Shown: piece after piece, positions 19,784-30,149 of the stretch
Layout: each line of letters starts with the position of its first letter
How positions within the stretch are numbered: position 1 is the first letter of the stretch
Origin: Deltaproteobacteria bacterium
GTDB lineage: Bacteria > Myxococcota_A > Polyangia > Polyangiales > Houyiibacteriaceae
Direction: 5' to 3'
DNA length: 64,000 bases
Assembly (NCBI GenBank): GCA_034670305.1
Contig: JAXMNT010000020.1
Coordinates: 61,993 to 125,992, forward strand
Notes under the pieces: model-generated
What the model saw: the letters and a program-made list of their open reading frames with translations, nothing else
Told to the model about the DNA's origin: nothing
Databases searched by the model: none
Program-made: the position numbers and the translations under genes

Positions 19784-20440
19784 TCAGGTCTCGAGCAACC
19801 CGCGGAGGTTGAAGTCGAGCACGATCAGCGCCGAGCGGTCGACGTCGTCGGCCAGGTGTTCGTCGTCGCTCATGACAAGCTGCTCCATGAACTGCTTGAT
19901 GGTGCCGAGGACGCAGAAGGCCGCAATCTCGGTGTCGATGTCGCGCACGATGCCCATCTTCTTGCCGTTCTCCAGCGACTCCCGGATGTAGTCGAGCAAC
20001 GAGTCGTAGAAGAGCTTGAGGCGGGCATCGACCTCGGCGTCGAGACCGACGGCCTCGCGCACGAGGATGCGGGTCAGCGCGCGGTTGTCGACGACGGTCC
20101 CAAGGATGCGGCGCACCGTGCCGACGAGCTGCGCTTCGACCGGTGGGGCGCCTTCGTCGGTCTCGACCCCAACGATGTTGGCTTTGAGTTCGTCGAGCAG
20201 CGAGTCGAGCAGCTCGCGAAAGATCGCCGCTTTGGAGTCGAAGTACAGGTAGAAGGTGCCACGCGCGATGCCGCAGGCTTCGATGATGTCGGCGACGTGG
20301 GTCTGGTGGTAGCCCTTGGCAGCGAAGACCCGGCGCGCTTCGTCGAGTACCGCCTTGCGGCGGCTCTTGCGCTTCTGGCTCGCACGTTCGGTCCGTCGGT
20401 CGGCCGGGCCGGTGGTCTCGGGGGAGTCGGCAGCGTTCAT
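19784..20440 (-). CDS. TetR-family regulator
   Basis: VFAAKGYHQTHVADIIEACGIARGTFYLYFDSK. Confidence 0.95.
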   Translation of the reverse strand: MNAADSPETTGPADRRTERASQKRKSRRKAVLDEARRVFAAKGYHQTHVADIIEACGIARGTFYLYFDSKAAIFRELLDSLLDELKANIVGVETDEGAPPVEAQLVGTVRRILGTVVDNRALTRILVREAVGLDAEVDARLKLFYDSLLDYIRESLENGKKMGIVRDIDTEIAAFCVLGTIKQFMEQLVMSDDEHLADDVDRSALIVLDFNLRGLLET

Positions 20441-20543
20441 CGTACGTCTCGGTTCTGCGTCGCCGCGGAAAGTCGGTTGCCAGCTCTCGGGCACAACGGT
20501 CCTGTAGGGTCGAATCGCCGTGTGGATCTCTGTGGCCGCTCGG

Positions 20544-21473
20544 TCATGCCACCACCTCCAGCGCGCCCGGAAGCACCTCGAGGGCATGCAGCGTGAGCTT
20601 CTGGATCTCGCCATCCAACATGACGAGCCGTTCGCGTGGCTGCAGAAACTCGACCCGCTTCGCACGCCGTTCGTCGACCTGCCCGTCTTCGACGTGGCGG
20701 CCTTCGTAGCAACGGATCAGGTTCTTCACGAAACGCGGACGGTTCATCGTGCGTGCGCGCACGATGTCCACCAGCCCGTCGCCGGGATCGGCGTGTGGTG
20801 CGATGTGGAACTTGCCGCCGGTGAACTGGCTGTTGCCGAAACACGTAAACGACGCGGCGTGGTCGTCCCAGAGTTCGCCATCGACACGCATCGGGTCGCG
20901 TTCGTGCCGCAGGCGGGCGACGCCGATCATCGCGGCCAGCAAGTAGCCGGCTTCGCCGAGTGGTTTGAATCGGCGGTTGGTGAGGTCGCCCGCGTTGGTG
21001 ACGAAGCCCACGGTGAGCAAGTTGATGAAGTGCAGGATGCCGCCCGCGTGTTCGACCCGAATGACGTCGATGCTTCGGGTGCGGCCGCGGGCCAGCGACG
21101 CGACGGCGTCGGCCTCGTTCTCGATGCCGAAGTCCCGCAGAAACGAGTTGCCGGTGCCGAGCGGCAGCATGCCGAGCGTGACGGGGTCGTCTGGGTGTTC
21201 GAGGACCAGCGGAAACAGACCGTTGATGATCTCGTAGGTCGTGCCGTCTCCGCCCACCGCCAGGATGTGACGTTCGCCGCGCTCGTACGCTTCACGAGCC
21301 AGCTCGCTCGCGTGCCCGGCGTGCTGGGTCACGACCACGTCGATGAACAGGCCCTTGGCCCGCAACGCGTCGAGCGCTTCGGTCGCGCGTTTGCTGCAGC
21401 GCCCGCCCCCGGCCGCGCCGTTGACGATCGCGAGGAACCCCGGACCGGAGAGCGTCTGGTGCACACCGCTCAC
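20544..21473 (-). CDS. diacylglycerol/lipid kinase family protein
   Basis: IVNGAAGGG, VGGDGT, LPLGTGNSF, MLDGE; GTGA overlap. Confidence 0.92.
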   Translation of the reverse strand: MSGVHQTLSGPGFLAIVNGAAGGGRCSKRATEALDALRAKGLFIDVVVTQHAGHASELAREAYERGERHILAVGGDGTTYEIINGLFPLVLEHPDDPVTLGMLPLGTGNSFLRDFGIENEADAVASLARGRTRSIDVIRVEHAGGILHFINLLTVGFVTNAGDLTNRRFKPLGEAGYLLAAMIGVARLRHERDPMRVDGELWDDHAASFTCFGNSQFTGGKFHIAPHADPGDGLVDIVRARTMNRPRFVKNLIRCYEGRHVEDGQVDERRAKRVEFLQPRERLVMLDGEIQKLTLHALEVLPGALEVVA

Positions 21474-23197
21474 GTCGAGAGGCTCCGCAACTTCGAGCGG
21501 TCGGCGCCGTCGCGCAGCTGTTCGGCGAGCACGTTGCGTTTCACCTTCATGGACGCAGTGCGCGGAAACTCGTCGGTCCACTCGAGCATGGCGCCAACCC
21601 GCTTGAAGTCCGGCAGGCTCTGGTTGCGTCGGCGCAGGTCATCGAGCGCACCTGCCGGGAGCTGGGTGCCTTCTTTGGGTCGAACGATCGCGACGAGTTC
21701 TTCGCCCGTGAGCGCCGCGCCGTCTTTCGTCTTCGATTTTGGCCAGACGAACCCGGACGCGAACACGACGAGTTCTTCGCAATCGAGTCCGTCGAACACG
21801 CCCTCGATGTCTTCGGGGTGAATGTTCTTTCCACCCGCGGTCACGATCATGTTCTTCGAGCGGCCGACCAGGTGCAGCTGCCCGCTCGGATCGAGGTAAC
21901 CGCGGTCGCCGGTGCGCAGCCATCCGTCCTGAAGCACCTCGGCGGTGAGCTCGGGTTCGTCGAGGTAGCCGGCGAACACCGTGCGGCTCTTGACCCACAC
22001 TTCGCCCACACCGTCCGACGCATCGCGGATCTCGATCTCCACGCCTTCGAGCGGCTTGCCGACCGAGTCGGGCCGGAACGGTTTCATGTCGTTCACGGTG
22101 AGCACAGTGCACGCTTCGGTCAGGCCGTACCCGATCACGACCGGCACGCCGATGTCGTAGAAGAGCTGCGCGCGCGCCTTGTCGACGAACGCGCCGCCAC
22201 AGAAGAGCATCTTCAGCTCCGGCCCGATCTTGTCGTGGATGGGTTTGAGCAGCCGGCGGCTCATCCAGCGGCGGGGTTTGCTGAGCGTGAGCGACGCGTT
22301 GAGCTGCTTGATGCCTTCGAAGAGGTGCTGGGTGACCTCGCTCTTCTCTTCGAGCTGCTCGGTGATGCGGCGTTCGAACGCTTCCAGCAGAAGCGGCACC
22401 ACGGACATGTGGGTGATGCCGCGGGTCTGCATGACCCAGCGCACGAACTCCGGACGGAGCGACCGCTGATGCACGACCGTCGCGCCGCAAGCGAACGGGC
22501 CGAGGAAGCCGCACATGAAGTCGATGGCGTGGTTGGTGGGCAGCACCGAGAAGTAGCGGTCGCCGACTTCGAACGGGTACAGCTCGATGAGCGTGCGGTA
22601 CTGCTCGAGGTAGTTGTCGTGGGTGAGCAGGCAACCCTTCGGCGCGCCGCCGGTGCCCGAGCTGTAGACCAAGGTCGCGTGGTCGCTGCGTTCGCGTTGC
22701 ACGAACGTGCCTCGGCCCTCCGGGAGATCTTCGTAGCGCACGTGCTTCGCAGGCAGCTCGATCTTCTCTGGGACCTCCGAGACGATCACGAGTCCGATCT
22801 CGGCTTCGGGCTGCAGCGCCTCCGGGAGGTCGCGCCACTCGGGGTACTCGGTCACCAGCACGCGCGGCCGGCAATGGCGCAGGAGCACCGCTTGTTCTTC
22901 GCCGCTGAGCTTGAAGTCGATCGGCACGAGCACGGCGCCGCGGTAGAGCGCGGCGTACGCAGCGATGAGCCACTTCGACTGGTTGCTCATCACGATCGCG
23001 ACCCGTTCGCCCGCGCCCACGTCCGCGTCTTCGAGACGCCGCGCAAGCCGCTCGCCGCGGATCATCACCTCGAGGTAGGTGAGCGTTTCGCTCTCGCGCT
23101 TGCGATCGCATTCGATCAGGGCGGTCTGCGTCTTGTACTGGAGGAAAGAGTCTCGAAGGAGCTCTCCCAGGCAGCGGTATCGTTCGGGCGGAATCAC
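21470..23197 (-). CDS. AMP-dependent long-chain acyl-CoA/ACP synthetase
   Basis: YSSGTGGAPKG, GYGLTE, WLRTGD, GRSKNMIV. Confidence 0.93.
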   Translation of the reverse strand: MIPPERYRCLGELLRDSFLQYKTQTALIECDRKRESETLTYLEVMIRGERLARRLEDADVGAGERVAIVMSNQSKWLIAAYAALYRGAVLVPIDFKLSGEEQAVLLRHCRPRVLVTEYPEWRDLPEALQPEAEIGLVIVSEVPEKIELPAKHVRYEDLPEGRGTFVQRERSDHATLVYSSGTGGAPKGCLLTHDNYLEQYRTLIELYPFEVGDRYFSVLPTNHAIDFMCGFLGPFACGATVVHQRSLRPEFVRWVMQTRGITHMSVVPLLLEAFERRITEQLEEKSEVTQHLFEGIKQLNASLTLSKPRRWMSRRLLKPIHDKIGPELKMLFCGGAFVDKARAQLFYDIGVPVVIGYGLTEACTVLTVNDMKPFRPDSVGKPLEGVEIEIRDASDGVGEVWVKSRTVFAGYLDEPELTAEVLQDGWLRTGDRGYLDPSGQLHLVGRSKNMIVTAGGKNIHPEDIEGVFDGLDCEELVVFASGFVWPKSKTKDGAALTGEELVAIVRPKEGTQLPAGALDDLRRRNQSLPDFKRVGAMLEWTDEFPRTASMKVKRNVLAEQLRDGADRSKLRSLST

Positions 23198-23235
23198 GGT
23201 GAGTCTTCAGGTCTTGGTGACGATCAGGAGGTCGT

Positions 23236-23475
23236 TCAGAGCCGGGTCTCGATGACGTCGGCGAGTTTGTCGAAGGTGGTGACGCCCTGGAGTTCGTAGT
23301 CGGGGATCTCGACGTCGAGCGCGTCTTCGAGATCCGTCATGAGCTCCATCGCCTGGTACGAGTCGATGCCGAGCGTCTGGAAGAAGTCGTCGCCGGCCTT
23401 CATCTCGCTCGCCGGCTTTCCAAATCGTTTGGAGGCGAGTTCGATCAGCTTCTGGATCAGGTCGTCACGGCTCAT
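23236..23475 (-). CDS. acyl carrier protein
   Basis: 79 aa, acidic, LGIDS phosphopantetheine site. Confidence 0.92.
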   Translation of the reverse strand: MSRDDLIQKLIELASKRFGKPASEMKAGDDFFQTLGIDSYQAMELMTDLEDALDVEIPDYELQGVTTFDKLADVIETRL

Positions 23476-23530
23476 GGCGGGTTCTCATCGAGTTCGGATT
23501 CGTTGCGGGTTCGGGCTCAGGTGGTGAGAT

Positions 23531-24598
23531 TCAGGGGAGGTAGGGTCGGACGTCGTCCGATTCCACGAACTTGCGAAGCGCGGCCGCCACGACGGGGCTG
23601 GCGATCATCTCGAGGAAGAGATCCTTCTCTCGGGCGAGCTCTGCGCGCGGCAACGGTTTGCTGAACGCTTTGGCCCGCGCGGTGGTCTCGGGATCGAAGC
23701 GCGCGGCTTGTTCGGCGACCTTGCGCGCGACGCCGAGCGCTTTGCCCCGGCCGACGAGCTGGCTGACGAGCCCGACTTCATGCGCGCGTTTCGCGGAGAT
23801 GCTCCGGCCCGTGAGAAGCACGTCTCGGACAACCGCATTGCCGACGTCGCGGCGCAGGCGCGGGATGCCGCCGAAGCCGGGCACGAGCCCGAGGCGCAAC
23901 TCCGGGAACGCGAACCGGGTGCTCTTGTCGGCGACGATCACATCGCAGGTGAGCGCGAGCTCGAACCCGCCGCCAAAGACGAACCCGTGGGTCGCCGCGA
24001 TGGTGGTGATGGGCGCCATGTCGAAGGTGTCGAAGACCGCGTGGATGCGATCGATGAACCCGCGGACCTCGTGCGCCGTGCGAAGTCGTCCGAGCAGCCC
24101 GCCTTCGTCGGCGCGGGCCAAGAGGCCCTCGTGCAGCTCGCGCAGATCGGCGCCGGCGCAGAAGCCGCGGTCAACCGACGAGTAGAAGATCAACGCGCGC
24201 GCCCCAACCGCGCCAGCGCGCACCAGCGTGGCGAGCAGTTCGAGTTCCGCGAGCGCGGTCGTGCCGATCTCGTTGCAGGGCGTCCGGCAGAGATCGACCT
24301 CGAGCGCGTCGCCCCGCAGCGACCACCGCATCGCGCGGCCGATGAAGTCGGTCGGCGGCACGTCGAGCCGCACCGCGGGACGCGGCGCGCCGTCGAGAAG
24401 CGCACCAGCGAAGGGCGCCAGGTCACGCACGAGACGCGTCGCACGTTTGGCCACGCCGGTGCGCAGCAGCCGGGCTTGCCACGCGCCGAGACGCGTCGAG
24501 AGCGGCACCACATTCGGTGTGGCCGGTCCAGCGACGGTGCGCTCGGGTGCGGCGGTGGCGGATGTGCCGACGCCGTTCTGGGTGACGTGCTCCGTCAC
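23531..24598 (-). CDS. enoyl-CoA hydratase/isomerase family protein
   Basis: FCAGADL, GGGFELALTCD, FPELRLGLVPGFGG; GTGA overlap. Confidence 0.92.
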   Translation of the reverse strand: MTEHVTQNGVGTSATAAPERTVAGPATPNVVPLSTRLGAWQARLLRTGVAKRATRLVRDLAPFAGALLDGAPRPAVRLDVPPTDFIGRAMRWSLRGDALEVDLCRTPCNEIGTTALAELELLATLVRAGAVGARALIFYSSVDRGFCAGADLRELHEGLLARADEGGLLGRLRTAHEVRGFIDRIHAVFDTFDMAPITTIAATHGFVFGGGFELALTCDVIVADKSTRFAFPELRLGLVPGFGGIPRLRRDVGNAVVRDVLLTGRSISAKRAHEVGLVSQLVGRGKALGVARKVAEQAARFDPETTARAKAFSKPLPRAELAREKDLFLEMIASPVVAAALRKFVESDDVRPYLP

Positions 24599-26430
24599 GC
24601 GCGCGCCTCGGCGGACGCCTTCGGCGCGTCGCTGCTGGTGCCGGCGTTGCGTTTGGCCCGCACCCGCTCGACGAGTGCGACGACCGCAGGTGCCAGGGAA
24701 GGCAGGTGTTGCCACGGGTCGCCCGCGGTTCCATCGGCGAGGGTTTCGCCGAGCTCGGGTCGGAACGGAAACTCCGGGTGATGCCGGCGCACGTAGTCGA
24801 CGAGGATCATGCCCATCTCGCCCATGCGCTCGAGGTTCTGGTAGACGCAGTCGTCGATCCCAGCGCGAATCACGTCGCGCTCCGACGTGAGGCGCACCAG
24901 CACGTCGTAGAGGTGCTGCTCGAGTTCTGGATCGTCGGTCTGGAGCGCGAGGCCCGGCGTGCCGCGATCGATCATCAAGTTCTGGATGCGCTCGTCCATC
25001 GTGACGCCGGCCGAGATGACCCCGCCGGCCATGGTCATCACGCACGCGTGGTAGCGGCTCGAGACCATGAAGGTCGACTGGCGCATGGCGCTGACCATCG
25101 CGTACATGTCGTGGTCGTCGCTCACGATGATCGGGAACCCGTTCTCGCGAACCGCTTCGGGCAACTTCTCCCAGGCGGGTGTGCCTTCCAGGCGCTCGAT
25201 CAACTTCTCGTTGAGCGCTTCGGCCGCGAACCGGTCGAGCTGCTCGCTGCCGAAGAGGCACGGAAGCACCTGATGAGTCTCGAGCAGCCGCGTGGTCGCT
25301 CCGGCGAAAGCGTCCAGGTACCGGTCCTGGGCGTCGGTGACGTCGGTGCCTTCTTCATGGAAGTACACGCTGCCGTAGTGGCTGTCGTCGTAGAGCCCGC
25401 TGAACGAGTTCATCGCGGCGCGGGTGACGTTCGGCTTCACCGGCCACCAGAACGGGTTGATCGGACAGAGCGCGAGGATCTCCATCTCTCCATCCCAGCC
25501 CGCGTCCATGAGGATGCGGCGGCCAACTTCCGGGTCGGCCGGATCGAAGGTCCACGCGGTGTCGGTGCCCGAACGCGACGCGACGCCGAGTTTGCCGAGC
25601 ACACCCTTGCTGGCTTCGTTCCGCGCGATGATGAGGGCGTCCTGGCAGTAGCGGCGCACGAGGTCGGCGAGCGAGTCGTCCATCTTGCCGGCTTCGCCGC
25701 CGTAGCCGACCGCGAGTTTGCCCTCGGCGGCTGCAAGGCCGATCGCGCCGACCATCATGGTGCTCAGCGCGTTGGCGAACTTGCTCTTGAACATCGATCC
25801 CTCACACGCGATGACCGCGTGCGCTTCGTGGATCGTGTCGAAGAGGAAGCGCGGGAACACCTTCGGCATGTGGAGCTGCCGAACGGTGCGGAAGTACCCG
25901 CGGGTGAGCTCCGGATCGAGCGTGTAGATCGAGAGCTCGACGTGGTCGTCGCCGAAGAGGTGGCGGAACTGCCGAATCATCTCTTCGACCCGCACATCGG
26001 CCCCGGTGTTCCGCGTGCCGCTGTAGCCCGCGAGCAGAAGTCGAAGCGGTTCGCCCGGTGCCCATTGCGCGCCGGGATCGAGCGCGTAGCGGCTCGCCGC
26101 CAGCTCGATGAACCCGCTCATGGCGACCATCAACGCGCGGTCCGCGTCGAAGTAGCCCTTCACCTTCTCTTTGCCGGCTTCGAAGATGTCCTTGAACACG
26201 CCGCGCAGCTTCTCGGCGTCGCGTGCTTCGGCCTTCTCTCCAAGATCCTCGACGAAGGTCTTCATCTCCGCCCAGGTCTTCGGCAGCACGTCCGAAGGCT
26301 TCTCGGAGCCGTTCGCATCCGACTGGGCCATCGCGGCCGCCGGGGTCTCCACGGGATCCTTCTTCGGGCGCCAGACCTTGACGCGACGTTTGTCGCGCGG
26401 GGTGAACTGCGGTTTGGACTTTCGTTTCAC
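24595..26430 (-). CDS. polysaccharide pyruvyl-transferase family protein
   Basis: GYSGTRNTGAD, ARNEAS, DTAW, SSRYHA; GTGA overlap. Confidence 0.8.
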   Translation of the reverse strand: MKRKSKPQFTPRDKRRVKVWRPKKDPVETPAAAMAQSDANGSEKPSDVLPKTWAEMKTFVEDLGEKAEARDAEKLRGVFKDIFEAGKEKVKGYFDADRALMVAMSGFIELAASRYALDPGAQWAPGEPLRLLLAGYSGTRNTGADVRVEEMIRQFRHLFGDDHVELSIYTLDPELTRGYFRTVRQLHMPKVFPRFLFDTIHEAHAVIACEGSMFKSKFANALSTMMVGAIGLAAAEGKLAVGYGGEAGKMDDSLADLVRRYCQDALIIARNEASKGVLGKLGVASRSGTDTAWTFDPADPEVGRRILMDAGWDGEMEILALCPINPFWWPVKPNVTRAAMNSFSGLYDDSHYGSVYFHEEGTDVTDAQDRYLDAFAGATTRLLETHQVLPCLFGSEQLDRFAAEALNEKLIERLEGTPAWEKLPEAVRENGFPIIVSDDHDMYAMVSAMRQSTFMVSSRYHACVMTMAGGVISAGVTMDERIQNLMIDRGTPGLALQTDDPELEQHLYDVLVRLTSERDVIRAGIDDCVYQNLERMGEMGMILVDYVRRHHPEFPFRPELGETLADGTAGDPWQHLPSLAPAVVALVERVRAKRNAGTSSDAPKASAEARA

Positions 26431-27581
26431 GCGTGCACTCCGCGAACGGGCACGCTCACGGGCCGGGCGGGCAGCGCTTCGTAGGGGAAGCGGTACTGGT
26501 GTCCGCGGCACCACTCGGCGAACTCGGGGCCGTAGTCGAGGAAACTCGCCGGGGCTTCGTTGATCTCGTCCACCGCGCGGTCGTTCACGAAGACCGTGTC
26601 GAACGTGATGTAGGGGAGGAAGACTTTGAAGAGCGACCCGATGAAGGTGAGCGTGTTCTTCTGGGGCAGCCCCGCGATGAGATCGAACGCCATCTTCGTC
26701 GCGCCATGCAGCTGCGGGACCATCTTCGGCGGCCGGCGACCGAGCGTCGCCATGGCCTGCCCGAGCGCGTAGGCGCGCGGCGAACCGACGCCGGCTGCGA
26801 GGTGGTAGATGTCGTGGGCGGGATCCGCCTTGCGGTGGATCTCGAAGATCGCTTTGCCGACCCAGTCCGCGTTCACGATGTCGACGCGGGCGTCCGGATG
26901 GATGGGGAACACCGGGAGCTGAAACACGGTGTTGAACGCGCGCACCATCTCGAACTGGGTGCTGCGCGGATGGCGCGAGTCGCCCATCACGGTGCTCGGC
27001 CGGTAGATGGTGGTGCGCACGTCGGGGAGCAGCTCCGCGATCATGTGTTCGCAGAACTTCTTGGTCCGCGCGTAGGGATCGTAGTCGGAGAGATCCCAGT
27101 CGAGCACTTCGTCTTCGACGAGCGTCGCGCCCTGGCGCTGTCCAGCGATCGCGGTGGTGCTCACGAACCCGAACCGGCGCAGCCCATGGTCCTCTTGGGC
27201 GAGGCGCGCGAGTTTGCACATCGCGAGCGTGCCCTTGAGGTTGTGGTTGAGACACGCCTTGCTGCTCTTGCGGTTGAGCGACGCGGCGATGTGCAGGATC
27301 GACTCACTCTCGCGCCAGACCTTCTCGTAGTCCGTCTCGCTCATGCCGAGCTTCGGCGAGGAGAGATCGCCGGAGACGATGTCGACGCGATCGACGAGCT
27401 GCCAGAAGGTGTTCGCGTCCTGGTGGACTTGAAGCGCGTTCCACAGCTTCTCGATGCCCTGCTCGCGGTTCGCGGCGCGGGTGAGTACCGAGATGCGCGC
27501 ATCGGTCTCGCGCAGGTAGTGGTCGAGCACGTAGGAGCCGAGAAACCCCGTCGCTCCGGTGATGAAGATGCGTTCGCTCAT
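26427..27581 (-). CDS. extended SDR / thioester-reductase-like oxidoreductase
   Basis: ITGATGFLG, HIAA, YARTK, YRPSTV. Confidence 0.9.
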   Translation of the reverse strand: MSERIFITGATGFLGSYVLDHYLRETDARISVLTRAANREQGIEKLWNALQVHQDANTFWQLVDRVDIVSGDLSSPKLGMSETDYEKVWRESESILHIAASLNRKSSKACLNHNLKGTLAMCKLARLAQEDHGLRRFGFVSTTAIAGQRQGATLVEDEVLDWDLSDYDPYARTKKFCEHMIAELLPDVRTTIYRPSTVMGDSRHPRSTQFEMVRAFNTVFQLPVFPIHPDARVDIVNADWVGKAIFEIHRKADPAHDIYHLAAGVGSPRAYALGQAMATLGRRPPKMVPQLHGATKMAFDLIAGLPQKNTLTFIGSLFKVFLPYITFDTVFVNDRAVDEINEAPASFLDYGPEFAEWCRGHQYRFPYEALPARPVSVPVRGVHA

Positions 27582-27636
27582 GACACTTGTTCTCGAAGGG
27601 GAAAAAGGCCGACCGAGATCGGCGGTTTCGAATCGT

Positions 27637-29406
27637 TCAGCCTGCGACCGCGACGCGTTCGCCATCGGCGCCCACGTCTTCGGGTCGCACGATCGGCACT
27701 TCGCCGGTGCGCTGGCGGAGGTCCGGCTCGCTCGTCGGACGCGGAAGCGGCTCGTCGTCGGGGACCTTCTCACCGCGGAGCAGCGGAAGACTCCACAGGT
27801 CGAGTCCCGGCACCTGGATGTTGACCCAGTAGTGGCGCCAGCAGATCGCCGGTACATCGAACCCGAAGAGCACGCGCTCTTCGTCGCTCAGACGTTCGTC
27901 TTCTTCCGCGAGATGATCGGTGAGGAAGGTGTAGTTCAGGTCCCAGATGAAGGGGCGGTACTGCCGAAGCATCTCGTCGACCTGACCAAGTTTCCGATCA
28001 GCGGTCCGGCACTTCATGGAGAAGCTGCGGAGATCCGCGTCGACGCGCTCACCGTCGATGCGGTCGTAGAGTTTGGGCGAGAGGTTCTTGGACAGGTCGA
28101 ACTCGCGCAAGAACGAGCGGGTGGCGCGTGCGACCAAGCGCATCCGGCGGAAGCCGAGCACTTGTTCCCGGTCCACGTCTTCGACGCAGTGCGAGTCGAG
28201 TCGCGCGAGCACATTGCGCTCCCAGCTGTCTTCGCTCTTGCGGTGGATGCGGCGAAGCGCGATGCCGCTCATGTCGACCGCACGCTCGTAGGTGAACGGG
28301 TTCATGTGGCTCGAGGCACACTGGTAGACGGGCCGCGCCGAGTCGGTGAGCGCGGCGGCCACCACCACCATCATCGCGCGCGAGACGGTGTCGACCGGCA
28401 CGATGTCGAAGTGGTTCGAGGCCTTCGCCGGGAAGCGCTGAAAGCTCGTGCCCAGCAGCCAGATGATCGGCCCCGACGTGTTGATGCCTTCGTTCCACCC
28501 GACGAAGGGGTAGTTCTGGGCGCACTCCACGATGGCCGGGCGGAAGGTGGTCGTGACGACGTCTTCGCGGCCTTCGAGCAAGTGCTCGGAGAGGCCCTTC
28601 GTGTAGGTGTAGATGTTGGGCCAGCCGAGCGCTTGCCCGCGCGCCATGGCGAAGTCCACCCGGTCCGACTTCTTGTCGAGGCCGACGAGTCCGGCTTCGA
28701 GGGCCGCGAGTTCCTCTTCGGGATCGAACACGACGCCGGTGGGCCCGACGCCGACTTCGATCGACTCCGGGATCTCGTCGTTGCGCAGCCCGGCGACGAA
28801 GGTCGTCGACACGTGTACGTAGCGGCCCGAGGGCGAGAGCGCCGCAAGATCGGCCGCGTGGCGTGCGCCGTGAATGTTCGCGTCGATGGCGTGGCGCGGA
28901 TCCGGCTCGAAGTCGGTGAGCCCGGCGAAGTGCACCACCGCGTCCACGTCCTTCATGAGCTCGGCGGCCGCGTCCGGGTCGAGACCGCAGAGCGGCTCCA
29001 CCAGTCGGGCGTCGAGCACGTCGACCTTCTCCGCCATGATCGTCCACAGCTCGGAGCCGTACTTGGCGCGGAGCGGTCGCAGGGCCGGGGAGCTCTCGAC
29101 GATCCAGTCGAAGCGGGCGCGGGCGTCTTCGCCCTTCTTGCCACGCACGACGACGGTCAGGCGCCCCACGTCCTCGACATGGTCGAGCAACATGGTCATC
29201 CAGACCTTGCCGAGGAAACCGGTCACGCCGGTCACCAGCAGATGTTTGCCGCGGTAGGCATCGCGAATCTCGAGCGCACCTCGCTCGTCCGCGGAGACCA
29301 CGATTCCGGCATGTGCGCCGTTCTTCGCGCCGTTGCGCCGGATCCCGCTCTTCTGCATGCCGTTTTTCTTCACGCCGTTGCCATTCGTTCCCATCGATCC
29401 ACTCAC
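27637..29406 (-). CDS. fatty acyl-CoA reductase-like protein
   Basis: VTGVTGFLGKVW, GWPNIYTYTK, RPAIVE, GWNEG, DIVPVD. Confidence 0.88.
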   Translation of the reverse strand: MSGSMGTNGNGVKKNGMQKSGIRRNGAKNGAHAGIVVSADERGALEIRDAYRGKHLLVTGVTGFLGKVWMTMLLDHVEDVGRLTVVVRGKKGEDARARFDWIVESSPALRPLRAKYGSELWTIMAEKVDVLDARLVEPLCGLDPDAAAELMKDVDAVVHFAGLTDFEPDPRHAIDANIHGARHAADLAALSPSGRYVHVSTTFVAGLRNDEIPESIEVGVGPTGVVFDPEEELAALEAGLVGLDKKSDRVDFAMARGQALGWPNIYTYTKGLSEHLLEGREDVVTTTFRPAIVECAQNYPFVGWNEGINTSGPIIWLLGTSFQRFPAKASNHFDIVPVDTVSRAMMVVVAAALTDSARPVYQCASSHMNPFTYERAVDMSGIALRRIHRKSEDSWERNVLARLDSHCVEDVDREQVLGFRRMRLVARATRSFLREFDLSKNLSPKLYDRIDGERVDADLRSFSMKCRTADRKLGQVDEMLRQYRPFIWDLNYTFLTDHLAEEDERLSDEERVLFGFDVPAICWRHYWVNIQVPGLDLWSLPLLRGEKVPDDEPLPRPTSEPDLRQRTGEVPIVRPEDVGADGERVAVAG

Positions 29407-30065
29407 TTCTCGACCACCGGCCAGTCGTGATCCTTCGCGAGCCGGCGCAACGTGCGATCCGGGTTCACCGCGCAAGGTTGTCCAATCGCGCTCAAGAGAA
29501 GACTGTCCGCGCCACACGCGCCGTACGCCCAGGAGGCGCCAAGATCGATGCCGTGTTCGGACGCAAAGCTGCGCGCCCATTGACCGGCGATGTTCCCACC
29601 GATGACCGGATCCTCGAGCCGGCCGGTGGCCTTGCTCTTCCGCATCTCCAGCTGGTTGCAGATGAGGTCGTCCGCGCCGAGCAGCTCCGCCAGCGGTCCG
29701 ACGATGAGTTCGATGTTGTCGCTGATGAGCACGATGCGGCGGTTCTGCTTGCGGGCTTGCTTCACGAGCTCCTTGCCCACGTCGAGCACGTCGTCCTTCA
29801 GGTACTTCTCGAAGTACTCCTCGCCGAGCAGCGTCAGCCGGTCTTCGCTCATGCCCCGCACACCCATCCAGGTCAGGCGGGTGCCACTGGCACCGGATTG
29901 CAGCCCAAGCATCGAAAAGGGTGCCGCGAGCGCGACGTTGCCGAGCCGGGCGACCCGTTCCCCGAGCCCTTGGGCGTTGGAGGCGAGCCACGCGGCCGCC
30001 GCGAGGGTCGACCGTTCGATCAGGGTGCCTTCGACTCGAAAGAAGGCGGCGGTTGGATTGCTCAT
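29403..30065 (-). CDS. HAD-IB family protein with degenerate catalytic motifs
   Basis: AAFFRVEGTL in place of DxDGT; AVNPDRTL; HDWPV end. Confidence 0.85.
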   Translation of the reverse strand: MSNPTAAFFRVEGTLIERSTLAAAAWLASNAQGLGERVARLGNVALAAPFSMLGLQSGASGTRLTWMGVRGMSEDRLTLLGEEYFEKYLKDDVLDVGKELVKQARKQNRRIVLISDNIELIVGPLAELLGADDLICNQLEMRKSKATGRLEDPVIGGNIAGQWARSFASEHGIDLGASWAYGACGADSLLLSAIGQPCAVNPDRTLRRLAKDHDWPVVEK

Positions 30066-30149
30066 GATGCTGAAAACACTCGGGCGAAGGGGACCTCGAT
30101 CGCCTGCCTCACCGGAGCGCAGGACACATCGAGCATCGATCGCGACACG

